A stretch of 64,000 nucleotides of DNA from Deltaproteobacteria bacterium RBG_16_64_85 (GTDB taxonomy: Bacteria; Desulfobacterota; Deferrimicrobia; Deferrimicrobiales; Deferrimicrobiaceae), in assembly GCA_001798885.1 (NCBI GenBank), contig MGQW01000008.1:1146-65145 (forward strand), in the 5' to 3' direction. The notes beneath the pieces were generated by a model that was not told the DNA's origin, searched no databases, and saw nothing but the letters and a program-made list of their open reading frames with translations. The translations under genes and the position numbers were made by a program. The stretch's first letter is position 1, and each line of letters opens with the position of its first letter. Below are positions 8,657 through 17,722 of the stretch, piece by piece.

Positions 8657-9951
8657 GCGGCTCTTCCCTCGAGGGACGAACGGTATTTTTTCCAACGATG
8701 ACCGATGCGGGATCCAGGGTCATCGCGGCGGCGTTCCGGTCGGTCGGAATCGATGCCCGGACCATGCCGCCTTCCGACGAAGAGACGCTGGTCCTGGGGG
8801 GGCGCCACTCCTCCGGCGAGGAATGCCTCCCGCTGAAAGTGACCCTCGGGGATGCCCTGAAGCTGCTGGTACACAGTAAGATTCCCCCCGAGAGGATGGC
8901 CATTTTTATGCCGACTTCCGACGGTCCCTGCCGCTTCGGGCAGTACGGCTCGTTCATGAAAGTGGTTTTCCGTGAGATGGGGTACGGCGACGTGCTCCTG
9001 CTGTCGCCCACCTGCGAGGACGGGTACTCCGGCGTGGGAAAGCATGCGGACGAGCTGCTGCGCACCGCATGGCGCGCGCTGGTGGCGGGCGACCTGCTCC
9101 AGAAGCTTTTGCTCCGGGTACGGCCGTACGAAAAGGTGAAGGGGGCCGCGGACGCGGCGTTCGAGGAGGCGATCGACCTGGTCTGCCGGGCGGTCGAGGT
9201 CCGGGGGGAGACCCACAAGCAAAGACTCGAGCGGATCGTGAAGAGCCTGCGACAGGGGAGGGCCCTCCTGAACCAGGTCCCTGCCGATTTCTCGGTCCTC
9301 CGGCCGCTCATCGGCGTGGTCGGGGAGATCTTCTGCCGGCTGAACACGTTCAGCAACGACGATGCGCTGCGGAAGGTGGAGGAGGCCGGCGGGGAGTGCT
9401 GGATCTCCGACGTGAGCGAATGGGTGTGGGCGACCAACGCCGAGCAGATCCGCATGCTCAAGCGCTTCCGCAAGCATCTCACAGTGGAAATGTTCGGCGC
9501 CTGGCTGAAATGGCACTTCCAGCGGAAGGACGAGCATGCCCTCCTGGACGTGTTCCAGGGGGATTTCCGGGGCTACGAGGAGCCGCACGACATCCGGGTC
9601 ATCTACGACCTTGCGCGCCCCTACCTGCCGCCGGAGGGAGCCTTGGGCGAGATGATGCTGTCCGTCGGGAAGACGGTCTACCTGCACCGGAAAGGAGCCG
9701 ACGGAATCCTGGACATCAACCCCTTTTCCTGCATGAATGGAATCGTATCGGAGGCGGTCTACCCCCGCGTCTCCCGCGATTGCGACGGGCTGCCGGTCCG
9801 GGTACTCTATTTCGACGGGACGCGGGTGGACCGAAGGTACGAGCTGGAGATCTTCATGGACCTGGTGCGCGCCTATTCGGCGAGGAAAAAGACGCTGCGC
9901 CGCCTCCCGGAAGGCGTGGGGGTTGCTGTCCCGCGCGCGGATGCCGGTTGA
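8653..9951 (+). CDS. DUF2229/HgdAB-like partner subunit of the upstream ATPase fusion (putative Fe-S radical enzyme component)
   Basis: GTG overlaps the upstream stop (GTGA); conserved Cys residues (CLPLK, CRFGQYG, PTCEDGY); family assignment made by pattern only. Confidence 0.55.
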   Translation: MSGSSLEGRTVFFPTMTDAGSRVIAAAFRSVGIDARTMPPSDEETLVLGGRHSSGEECLPLKVTLGDALKLLVHSKIPPERMAIFMPTSDGPCRFGQYGSFMKVVFREMGYGDVLLLSPTCEDGYSGVGKHADELLRTAWRALVAGDLLQKLLLRVRPYEKVKGAADAAFEEAIDLVCRAVEVRGETHKQRLERIVKSLRQGRALLNQVPADFSVLRPLIGVVGEIFCRLNTFSNDDALRKVEEAGGECWISDVSEWVWATNAEQIRMLKRFRKHLTVEMFGAWLKWHFQRKDEHALLDVFQGDFRGYEEPHDIRVIYDLARPYLPPEGALGEMMLSVGKTVYLHRKGADGILDINPFSCMNGIVSEAVYPRVSRDCDGLPVRVLYFDGTRVDRRYELEIFMDLVRAYSARKKTLRRLPEGVGVAVPRADAG

Positions 9952-10685
9952 ACATCGCCATCCTTTCGGACCTTCATTCCAACGGCGACGCACTGGATGC
10001 CGTGGCGCGGGAGCTCGCCGCGCGACGCGTTGACCGCGTCTACCATCTGGGGGACCTGGTCGGGTACAACGCCGAGCCCGAAAAATGCGTGCAGTGGGCC
10101 ATCGGGCACACCGCCGGAGGCATCCTGGGCAACCATGACGCCGTCGCCTGCGGGAAGGCGGACGGGGAGTTCTTCAACGCGCCGGCGCTGATTGCGGCGC
10201 GTTGGTCGGCGGAGCATCTCTCCGCCCGGTCCCGGGAATATCTGAAATCCCTCCCCGATCGGCTGGTCGTGGAGAAGGAGCTCCTGATGGTGCACGGGGC
10301 TCCCTCCGACCCCGACCGCTACCTCTTCACGCTGGACGACGCGGTGGAAGAGCTGGACGCCTTGACGGAGGACCCGAGCGTGAAGGTCGTGTTTTTCGGC
10401 CACACCCACGTCCCCGCGGCGGTCATCCGCCGGCGGGACGGAAGCACCGTCTCCGTTCCTACCGGCGAATACCGTCTGAAGGAAGGGGAGACCGCCCTGC
10501 TCAACCCCGGCAGCGTCGGCCAGCCCCGCGACCGGAACCCGGAGTCTTCCTTCCTCCTCTTCGACACCCGGATCCGCGCAGCCTCCTGGGTCCGAACGCC
10601 GTACGACATTCCGGGGTGCCAGCGGAAGGTGCTGGACGCGACCCTGCCCCGCTTCTTCGCCACGCGGCTCACGGAAGGGACGTGA
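9948..10685 (+). CDS. Calcineurin-like metallophosphoesterase (YfcE/MJ0936-type phosphodiesterase)
   Basis: TTG start overlapping the upstream stop (TTGA); motifs LSDLHSN, HLGDLVGY, GNHD, MVHGAP, GHTHVP. Confidence 0.75.
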   Translation: MNIAILSDLHSNGDALDAVARELAARRVDRVYHLGDLVGYNAEPEKCVQWAIGHTAGGILGNHDAVACGKADGEFFNAPALIAARWSAEHLSARSREYLKSLPDRLVVEKELLMVHGAPSDPDRYLFTLDDAVEELDALTEDPSVKVVFFGHTHVPAAVIRRRDGSTVSVPTGEYRLKEGETALLNPGSVGQPRDRNPESSFLLFDTRIRAASWVRTPYDIPGCQRKVLDATLPRFFATRLTEGT

Positions 10686-11101
10686 AACCGCGGGGCTATC
10701 GCCTCCTGCCCCACACCGCGGACATCCGCCTGGAGGTCCGCGGACAGGACCTGGCCGGGCTTTTCGCGACGAGCGTCACATCCCTCTTCTCCCTCCTCAC
10801 CGACCGCCGCCGCGTCCGCGCAGCGGAAACGAGGACCCTCGAGGTCTCCGGGAGAGACCTCGAGGACCGGCTTTTCCTGCTGCTTCGCGAGGCGCTGCTG
10901 CTCTTTACCGTGGACCGTTTTCTCGTCCGGAGCGCACGTGGTAAGATGAACAGATCGGGAGTGCGGGTGGAGGTTCGGGGCGAGGCGTTCGACGCCTCCC
11001 GGCACCACGCATTTCGCGAGATCAAGGCGGTGACCGCCCACGGGATGGTCGTGGAAAGGATCCCGGGCGGGTTTGCCGCACGGTACGTGATCGACGTCTA
11101 G
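10682..11101 (+). CDS. Archease (RtcB activator / RNA-ligase specificity factor)
   Basis: About 140 aa with the N-terminal HTADIRLEV motif; GTG overlaps the upstream stop (GTGA); directly upstream of rtcB. Confidence 0.8.
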   Translation: MKPRGYRLLPHTADIRLEVRGQDLAGLFATSVTSLFSLLTDRRRVRAAETRTLEVSGRDLEDRLFLLLREALLLFTVDRFLVRSARGKMNRSGVRVEVRGEAFDASRHHAFREIKAVTAHGMVVERIPGGFAARYVIDV

Positions 11102-11137
11102 CCCCTTCGGCGGCCTTGAGAAAGAGGAGGGCCGGCC

Positions 11138-12585
11138 ATGCAATACCACGGCGTCTCTTTGAATAAATTGTCCGACATCATGTGGGAAATTCCTCAGGCC
11201 GGCGGGATGCGGGTCCCGGGCCTGATCTTCGCCTCCGAGGCGATGATGGGCGACATCCTGAAAGACGAGGCCGTGCGGCAGGTGATGAACGTGGCCTACC
11301 TGCGGGGATCCTCCGGTACAGCATCGGGATGCCCGACATCCACTGGGGATACGGCTTCCCCATCGGGGGAGTGGCGGCGATGGACCTCGACGAGGGGGTA
11401 ATCTCCCCCGGTGGCGTGGGGTACGACATCAACTGCGGCGTGCGCCTCCTGCGGTCCGGTCTCACCGTCGAGGCGCTGCGTCCGAGACTCCCGGAGCTGT
11501 TGGGCGCCCTGCATCACGGGGTTCCCTCGGGGGTCGGCTCCACGGGCTTCGTCCGCCTTTCGGGACCCGACGTGGAGACGGTGTTGAGCGAAGGATCCCG
11601 CTGGGCGTCGTCGGCGGGGTTCGGGACGGACGAGGACGTCGCGTTCACCGAGAGCGGGGGAAAGTACCCCGGCGCCGACCCGGACGCCGTCTCGACGGTG
11701 GCGAAGAAGCGAGGCAGGGAACAGCTGGGGACTCTCGGATCGGGGAACCACTTCCTCGAAGTGGACGAAGTCATGGAGATCCACGACGACGAGGCGGCGG
11801 CGGCTTACGGGCTCTTCATCGGACAGGCGGTGGTCCTCATCCACTCCGGATCGCGGGGGCTCGGCTACCAGGTGTGCGACGACTACCTGGTGACCATGGC
11901 GGAGTACATGCGGAGGAACCGCATCGAACTGCCGGACCGCCAGCTGGCATGTGCACACATACGCTCCCCCGAGGGGGAACGGTACCTCTCCGCCCTGGCG
12001 GCGGCGGCGAACTTCGCCTTCGCCAACCGGCAGCTCCTGGCGCACCAGGCCAGGGAGACGTTCCTCAAGGTGCTTAAGATAGGGCCGCGCGACCTCGGGA
12101 TGCGGCAGGTGTACGACGTCGGCCACAACAACGCCAAGTTCGAGGAGTACGAGGTCGACGGGCGAAAGAAGAAGGTGCTGGTCCACCGGAAGGGTGCGAC
12201 CCGGGCGTTTCCGCCGGGGCACCCCGAGATCCCGGGGGAGTACCGGAAGGTCGGCCAGCCGGTGTTCATCCCCGGCGAGATGGGCAATGCTTCCTATGTC
12301 CTTGCGGGGGCCCCGGGAGCGATGCGGCTGTCGTTCGGCTCCACCTGCCACGGGGCGGGCCGCCGGATGAGCAGGACCCAGGCCAAGGCGAGCGTCCGCG
12401 GGAAATCGATCGTCCAGGAGATGGAAAGGCGGGGGGTGCTGGTCGCCTGCGCCTCCATGAAGACCCTCGCCGAGGAGATCCCCGAGGCGTACAAGGACGT
12501 GTCCGCCGTCGTGGACGTCGTGCACGAGGCGGGGATCGCGCGGAAGGTGGCCAGGCTCAAGCCCGTTGCGGTCGTGAAGGGCTGA
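11138..12585 (+). CDS. rtcB: RNA-splicing ligase RtcB, interrupted by a 1-nt frameshift in a G4 run near 11304-11308 (sequencing error or pseudogene)
   Basis: ORF 11138..11401 encodes the RtcB N-terminus up to NVAYLRG; ORF 11182..12585 continues with ILRYSIGMPDIHWGYGFPIGGVAA...GSGNHFLEV...; adding one G restores a single RtcB-length ORF of about 482 aa. Confidence 0.8.
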
Positions 12586-12598
12586 CGGGGGGAAGAGG

Positions 12599-13348
12599 TT
12601 GCAGCAGCGACCCTGGTTCGAGACGATCTTCGACGAACGGTACCCGGAGCTGTTCGGGCCGATCGAGGGGAACGCCGAGGAGGAGGTCGAGGAAATCCTC
12701 GGTTTCCTCCGTCTCCCCGCCGGGGCCGCCGTGGAGGATCTGGGGTGCGGGCGCGGGAGGCACGCCATCCCGCTTGCCCGCAGGGGATACAGGGTCGCCG
12801 GAGTGGACATCTCGGAGAACATGCTCCGCCTGGCGCGCAGCCGCGCCGAGCGGGAAGGGGTCCAGGTCGAGTGGGTGAAGGAGGACATGCGAACGTTCTG
12901 CCGGCAGGATGCGTTCGACCTTGCCCTAAGCCTGTTCACGTCCTTCGGGTATTTCAGCGACGCGGAGAACCAGACGGTCCTGGACAACATCGGAAAGAGC
13001 CTCAAGCAGGGAGGGGCGCTCCTCCTCGATCTGCGCAACGCCGGCAAGGGGCTCTTGCGCCTGGAGGACCTGGACAAGACCATGAAGGTACCCTCGGGGA
13101 GCCTCCGGATGTCGGTGCGGTTCGACCGGCGCACGATGCGCGCCAAGGCGGAGCACACGCTCACTCGGCCCGACGGAATCCGGATCTCCTCCGCTTTCGA
13201 CGTGCGGGTCTACTCGATGGAGGAACTCTGGAAGATGCTCCGGAGGGCGGGGATGGAGGTGAGGGATTTCTACGGTTCCCTCTCGGGCGCACCGTTCACG
13301 GACGAATCCACCCGGTTGGTGACCCTTGCCGTGCGGTTGGGATCCTAG
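12599..13348 (+). CDS. Class I SAM-dependent methyltransferase
   Basis: VEDLGCGRGRHAIPLARRGYRVAGVDIS (motif I) and LKQGGALLLD; TTG start 11 nt after the rtcB stop. Confidence 0.8.
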   Translation: MQQRPWFETIFDERYPELFGPIEGNAEEEVEEILGFLRLPAGAAVEDLGCGRGRHAIPLARRGYRVAGVDISENMLRLARSRAEREGVQVEWVKEDMRTFCRQDAFDLALSLFTSFGYFSDAENQTVLDNIGKSLKQGGALLLDLRNAGKGLLRLEDLDKTMKVPSGSLRMSVRFDRRTMRAKAEHTLTRPDGIRISSAFDVRVYSMEELWKMLRRAGMEVRDFYGSLSGAPFTDESTRLVTLAVRLGS

Positions 13349-13351
13349 GGT

Positions 13352-15373
13352 CTAGAGCAGGTCGTCGGACGGCTGCCGGCGAGGGAAGCGCTGCTTCCCT
13401 GCGGGACCCGCCTCGGGGATGGTCCCCAGCCGGAAGGGCAGGGAGATCCCCTCGGTTGCTCCCGGGGGAAGAGCCTTTCCGGTGGCTGGGTCGAAGCGGG
13501 CGAAGGTGACCCCCGGCGGAACCGGGAAGTCCCGTTCGGGGTACTGCGTCAGCGCCCGGCCCATGAACTGGATCCAGATCGGCAGCGCCACCACGGCGGC
13601 CGACTGGCGGTCGCCCAGCGGTTTCGGCGTGTCGAAGCCGATCCAGACTCCCGCCAGAAGGTCAGGGGAGAACCCGATGAACCACGCGTCGGTGTTTTCG
13701 TTGGTGGTCCCCGTTTTTCCCGCAAGGTACTTTCCGAGCCCGCGCGCCGCCGTCCCCGTTCCGCTCCGGATCACCTCCTGCATCAGCCGGACGGTCAGGT
13801 AGGCGGTCTCCGGGGGGATCGCGCGCTTCGTCTGGGGCTCGGTGCTCTCCAGGATCCTTCCCGAACCGTCCCGGACTTCCCGGATGAAGTAGGGCGTGGG
13901 GCGTACCCCTCCGTTGGCGAAGGCGGCGTAGGCCGCGCACATCTCCAGCGGTGTGATCCCCGAGGAGCCGAGCGCGATGGAGAGGTTCCGCTCGATCGGC
14001 GATTCGATCCCCAGCGCCCTGGCCGTCTGGATCGCCGTGTCGACGCCGATCTCGTTGAGGAGCCGGACGGTGGCCAGGTTGCGGGACTTGGCCAGCGCCT
14101 CCAGCATGGGGATGGGGCCGAGGAACGTGCCGTCGTAGTTCTTGGGCTTCCACAGCTCGTCCTCGTTCCGATCGAACTCGATGGGGGAGTCGTCCACCGT
14201 CGAGACGACGGTCTTTCCTTTATCCAGTGCAGCGGTATAGATGATCGGCTTGAAGGCAGACCCCGGCTGTCTCCTTGCCTGGATCGCCCGGTTGAACTGG
14301 GACTCCGCGAAGTCCACCCCGCCGACCATCGCGAGAACCCCGCCGGTGTGCGGGTCGATCGCCAGGATGGCCCCCTGCAGTCCCTTGTACTTGTTCCTCT
14401 CTTCCGTCTTGCGGACGCCCTCGATCAGCGCGTTGTGGGCCAATTCCTGGAGGGGACCGTCGATCGACGAGTAGATCTGCATCTCGCTCTTGTAGAGGGC
14501 ATCCGAGCCGTACTTCTCCTGGATGTAGGCCCGGATGTATTCCAGGAAATACGCTGCCTTGGAACGGAAGCTGGAGGGCGGGGCCAGCGTGATCCTGGCC
14601 TGGTAGGCCCGGTCCGCCTCCGGGGAGGCAAGGAATCCCACCTCCACCATCCTGCGGAGAACGTATCGCTGCCTCGCCTTTGCCTGGTCGAGATGGTTCC
14701 TCGGGGAATGGCGGGTAGGCGCCTGGGTGAGCCCCGCGAGCAGCGCCCCCTCCGCGACGTTCAGGGCATTGACCCCCTTCCCGAAATAGGCTCGCGAGGC
14801 GGCCTCCACCCCGTAGGCACCATCCCCAAGGTAGATCTGGTTCAGGTAGAGGAAGAGGATTTCCTCTTTGGTCAGTTTCTTCTCGATGCGATACGCGAGG
14901 ATGATCTCCTTGAGCTTCCTCCGGATGCTCTTCTCCGGCGTGAGAAAGAGCGACTTGACCGTCTGCTGGGTGATCGTGCTTGCCCCCTGGGCGAACCCGC
15001 CCGACAGGAGGTCCTTCAGCACCGCCCGGGCGATGGCGATGTAATCCACCCCCTTATGCTTGAAGAAGTTGGCATCTTCGGCGGCAAGGAAGGCCTTCAC
15101 GACGTGTTTCGGGATCGCCTGGTAGGGGACGACCGTCCTCTTCTCGAGGTAAATCTCCCCGACAATTCGGTTATTCCGGTCGTAGATCTTGGAGGAAACA
15201 CTCGGTCGGTAAGCTGCGGCGGATTCGATCGAGGGGAAGTCGCCGAATTGCGCCAACAGGGCCAGTGCCGCCGCCCCCCCCAGGAGGAAGCAGAGACAGA
15301 GGACGAAGCCCAGAAGAAACAGTTTTTTCCAGGGGAACCCGGCCGGTTCCTCGAGCGAGCTGCGGCGTTCCAA
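13352..15373 (-). CDS. mrcA: Class A penicillin-binding protein (PBP1A-type transglycosylase/transpeptidase)
   Basis: 673 aa; N-terminal TM segment, GT51 motifs EDANFFKHKGVD and GASTITQQ, transpeptidase SAFKP motif. Confidence 0.85.
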   Translation of the reverse strand: MERRSSLEEPAGFPWKKLFLLGFVLCLCFLLGGAAALALLAQFGDFPSIESAAAYRPSVSSKIYDRNNRIVGEIYLEKRTVVPYQAIPKHVVKAFLAAEDANFFKHKGVDYIAIARAVLKDLLSGGFAQGASTITQQTVKSLFLTPEKSIRRKLKEIILAYRIEKKLTKEEILFLYLNQIYLGDGAYGVEAASRAYFGKGVNALNVAEGALLAGLTQAPTRHSPRNHLDQAKARQRYVLRRMVEVGFLASPEADRAYQARITLAPPSSFRSKAAYFLEYIRAYIQEKYGSDALYKSEMQIYSSIDGPLQELAHNALIEGVRKTEERNKYKGLQGAILAIDPHTGGVLAMVGGVDFAESQFNRAIQARRQPGSAFKPIIYTAALDKGKTVVSTVDDSPIEFDRNEDELWKPKNYDGTFLGPIPMLEALAKSRNLATVRLLNEIGVDTAIQTARALGIESPIERNLSIALGSSGITPLEMCAAYAAFANGGVRPTPYFIREVRDGSGRILESTEPQTKRAIPPETAYLTVRLMQEVIRSGTGTAARGLGKYLAGKTGTTNENTDAWFIGFSPDLLAGVWIGFDTPKPLGDRQSAAVVALPIWIQFMGRALTQYPERDFPVPPGVTFARFDPATGKALPPGATEGISLPFRLGTIPEAGPAGKQRFPRRQPSDDLL

Positions 15374-15492
15374 CGGATCTTCTTTCCCCGAAATATATTT
15401 TCGATCGGGCCGCCTGACGGTCAGCCGAATCGGTTAATTATAACAATACCAATATGTAAAAATACCAAGGTGTCGATGCCGGGGGGAGTCCG

Positions 15493-16149
15493 ATGCCGAT
15501 ATACCGTTTCGCGCTTGCGATGGTGAACTTCCTTCTGATCGCCGGCTGCGGGGGGAGTTTCTCGCTGTTCCTGTCGGTCGGAAGCGGCACGACGCCCGGC
15601 AGCTTCGTCGTGGCGAGCGATCCGCGCACTGACGGGGATATCCGCCAGGACGGCCTCGTGACGACGGGGGCGGTGATCTTTTCCGGGTTCGACCCCTTCG
15701 CTCCTTCTCCACGGCCGGAATACCGGGGGTTCCTCTCCTTCCCGATCGACGGAATCCCGGTCGGGGCGCTCGTCGAGTCGGCCACGGTTACGTTTTTCGT
15801 CGACCGGATCGATCCGCTCCCCGGGAGCGGCGATCTCCTCCTGGATCTCGATCACGTCCACTATGGGTCGGTGTTGGCGTTTTCCGCCTTCGGCTCACCC
15901 GGAGTGGCGGTGGGCAGCGTCATTGCAGGCATCCGGCTGCTGCCGTCGGCGAGCCCGCAGCCGGCATCCTTCGGCGTGATCCCCGAACTGCAGGCGGATG
16001 TCGACAACCCGTCCGTCCGGTTTTTCCAGCTGCGGATCTTCGGCACGGGAGGGCTGGCGCAGGTCGTGGGCGGGGCGGGTAACCGGTCCGGCGGACTGCC
16101 TCCCGACCCCGGGCTCGCGCCGGTTCTTTCCGTACAGTTCAGGTTCTGA
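15493..16149 (+). CDS. Hypothetical lipoprotein (paralog 1)
   Basis: Signal peptide with lipobox LIAGC; shares the E[YF]R[GA]F[LM]xFP[IL]DG motif with the next gene. Confidence 0.55.
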   Translation: MPIYRFALAMVNFLLIAGCGGSFSLFLSVGSGTTPGSFVVASDPRTDGDIRQDGLVTTGAVIFSGFDPFAPSPRPEYRGFLSFPIDGIPVGALVESATVTFFVDRIDPLPGSGDLLLDLDHVHYGSVLAFSAFGSPGVAVGSVIAGIRLLPSASPQPASFGVIPELQADVDNPSVRFFQLRIFGTGGLAQVVGGAGNRSGGLPPDPGLAPVLSVQFRF

Positions 16150-16251
16150 GCCACCGCGATCGGCTACGCGGAAAACTTGGTACGTATTCCGGAGTTGAAT
16201 ATCTTATAATCGGGGTCGTCGAACAGAAAAAGCGGGACAAGGGGGCTGGCG

Positions 16252-16890
16252 ATGAAGAAGCTGCTACTTCTGGGGCTGGCGCTGATTCTGGCGGTTTCCC
16301 TGGCGGGATGCGGAGGCGGCGGCAATCGCAACGACACGGTCATCGTACAGACGTTCAGCGACCGTAACGCCGACGGCGATATCTCGTTCACTCCCCCTTC
16401 CACGTTCACGTTTTCCCAGGACATTACCCCCAGGCCAGACTTTGTGCTGTTCGGTCTCGGCGGAACAGGGACCGAATTCCGTGCATTTATGGATTTTCCG
16501 CTCGATGGCTCCAATGGTGGCGGGGTCGTTCCGTCCGGTGCGACAATCGTGTCGGCGGACATAGAGGTTTTTGTTTTCAACGTCAGCTTCTCCTCGATCG
16601 TCCCGACGCTGGTGGATCTGGTTCCTTTTCCAATAACCCATCTCAGGCCGGCAGATTTTAATTCCATCCCCTTTGCCACGCGATCTCCGTTCAATTTTCT
16701 GGCTGCCGATATCAACAATTTCGTGAGAATCGACGTTACTTCGTTGATGCTGGAAGCGCAGAGGCAAGGGCTGAAGAACTTCCAGGTCCGGTTCCTGCTC
16801 GACCTGGTGCCGGGCGCCGATGGACTTGTCGAGATCTCAGACGGGCCTTCATTGAATACCGCTCCGATATTGACCGTGGAATACAGGTGA
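16252..16890 (+). CDS. Hypothetical lipoprotein (paralog 2)
   Basis: MKKLLLLGLALILAVSLAGC lipobox; EFRAFMDFPLDG motif shared with the upstream paralog. Confidence 0.55.
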   Translation: MKKLLLLGLALILAVSLAGCGGGGNRNDTVIVQTFSDRNADGDISFTPPSTFTFSQDITPRPDFVLFGLGGTGTEFRAFMDFPLDGSNGGGVVPSGATIVSADIEVFVFNVSFSSIVPTLVDLVPFPITHLRPADFNSIPFATRSPFNFLAADINNFVRIDVTSLMLEAQRQGLKNFQVRFLLDLVPGADGLVEISDGPSLNTAPILTVEYR

Positions 16891-16936
16891 CGACCGCGGG
16901 GGGTCACCCCCCGTATCGGGCGGAATTCCCGCATTT

Positions 16937-17722
16937 TTGTTGTACAATTGGCTCGTGCCGACCACGGGGACGAAGAAGAAGATAGCCGACCTGGGAGCGG
17001 TCGCGTCGGGCCTGGCCCACGAGATCCGCAACCCGTTGAACTCCCTCTACATAAACGGCCAGCTCCTCGTAGAGATGCTTTCGGACCTCCCCGACAGCGA
17101 CAAGGCGCGCAAGGAAGAGCTTCTCTCGATGGCCCAGTCCAACCTGAAAGTTACCCAACGGCTGAAGGATCTTCTTACCGATTTCCTCAGGTTCGCCCGC
17201 CCCCCTTCCATGGAACTGATCCTAGCGGACCTGAACCGGGTCGTCGCCGAGACCGTCCGCTTCCTGGAGCTCGACTTTTCCCGCCGCGGAATCGAACTGA
17301 TCACGAAGCTTCACCAGGCGCCCCTTCCCCTGCTGGCCGACGAGAAACAGCTCAAGCAGGCGCTCCTGAACCTCCTGCTCAACGCCGAGGAGGCGATGGA
17401 CAAGAATTGCAAGCGGATCCGCGTGGTGACGGGGCTTTCGGGGGGCCGGCCCTTCGTGCGGGTGCAGGACAACGGGCGCGGGATCCCCCGGGCGGAGCGC
17501 AGTCAGATTTACCGGCTCTTCTTCACCACGAGGAAAAACGGCAGCGGGCTGGGGCTTCCCATCGTCCGGCAGATCGTCCGTGATCATGGCGGGAAGATCT
17601 CCATCCGCAGCCGCGAGGGGCGCGGGACGACGGCCACCATCCTCCTTCCCTCCGAAGCTCAGTTCAAGACGATGCTTTCGGGAAGATCGAAGAAGGGACT
17701 GCTTCCGGAGAAGGTCCGATGA
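16937..17722 (+). CDS. Soluble histidine kinase lacking a sensor domain (HisKA + HATPase_c only)
   Basis: H-box LAHEIRNPLNS within about 30 aa of the N-terminus; N-box LLLNAEEAM; G-boxes DNGRGIP and GSGLGLPIV; TTG start, no in-frame ATG upstream. Confidence 0.7.
   Translation: MLYNWLVPTTGTKKKIADLGAVASGLAHEIRNPLNSLYINGQLLVEMLSDLPDSDKARKEELLSMAQSNLKVTQRLKDLLTDFLRFARPPSMELILADLNRVVAETVRFLELDFSRRGIELITKLHQAPLPLLADEKQLKQALLNLLLNAEEAMDKNCKRIRVVTGLSGGRPFVRVQDNGRGIPRAERSQIYRLFFTTRKNGSGLGLPIVRQIVRDHGGKISIRSREGRGTTATILLPSEAQFKTMLSGRSKKGLLPEKVR

Noticed and set aside
5753-8695. 980-aa minus-strand ORF antisense to the tandem-ATPase fusion gene. The same applies to 402..1223, 1238..2713, 8611..9993, 11296..13164, 19649..20773, 24535..27294 (919 aa), 28826..32680 (1284 aa), 45966..48248 and 56492..60268 (1258 aa).
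   Set aside because: These are shadow ORFs typical of high-GC DNA. They are Arg/Pro/Gly/Asp-rich low-complexity translations with no recognisable motifs, each lying antisense to, or out of frame with, a confidently identified conserved gene.
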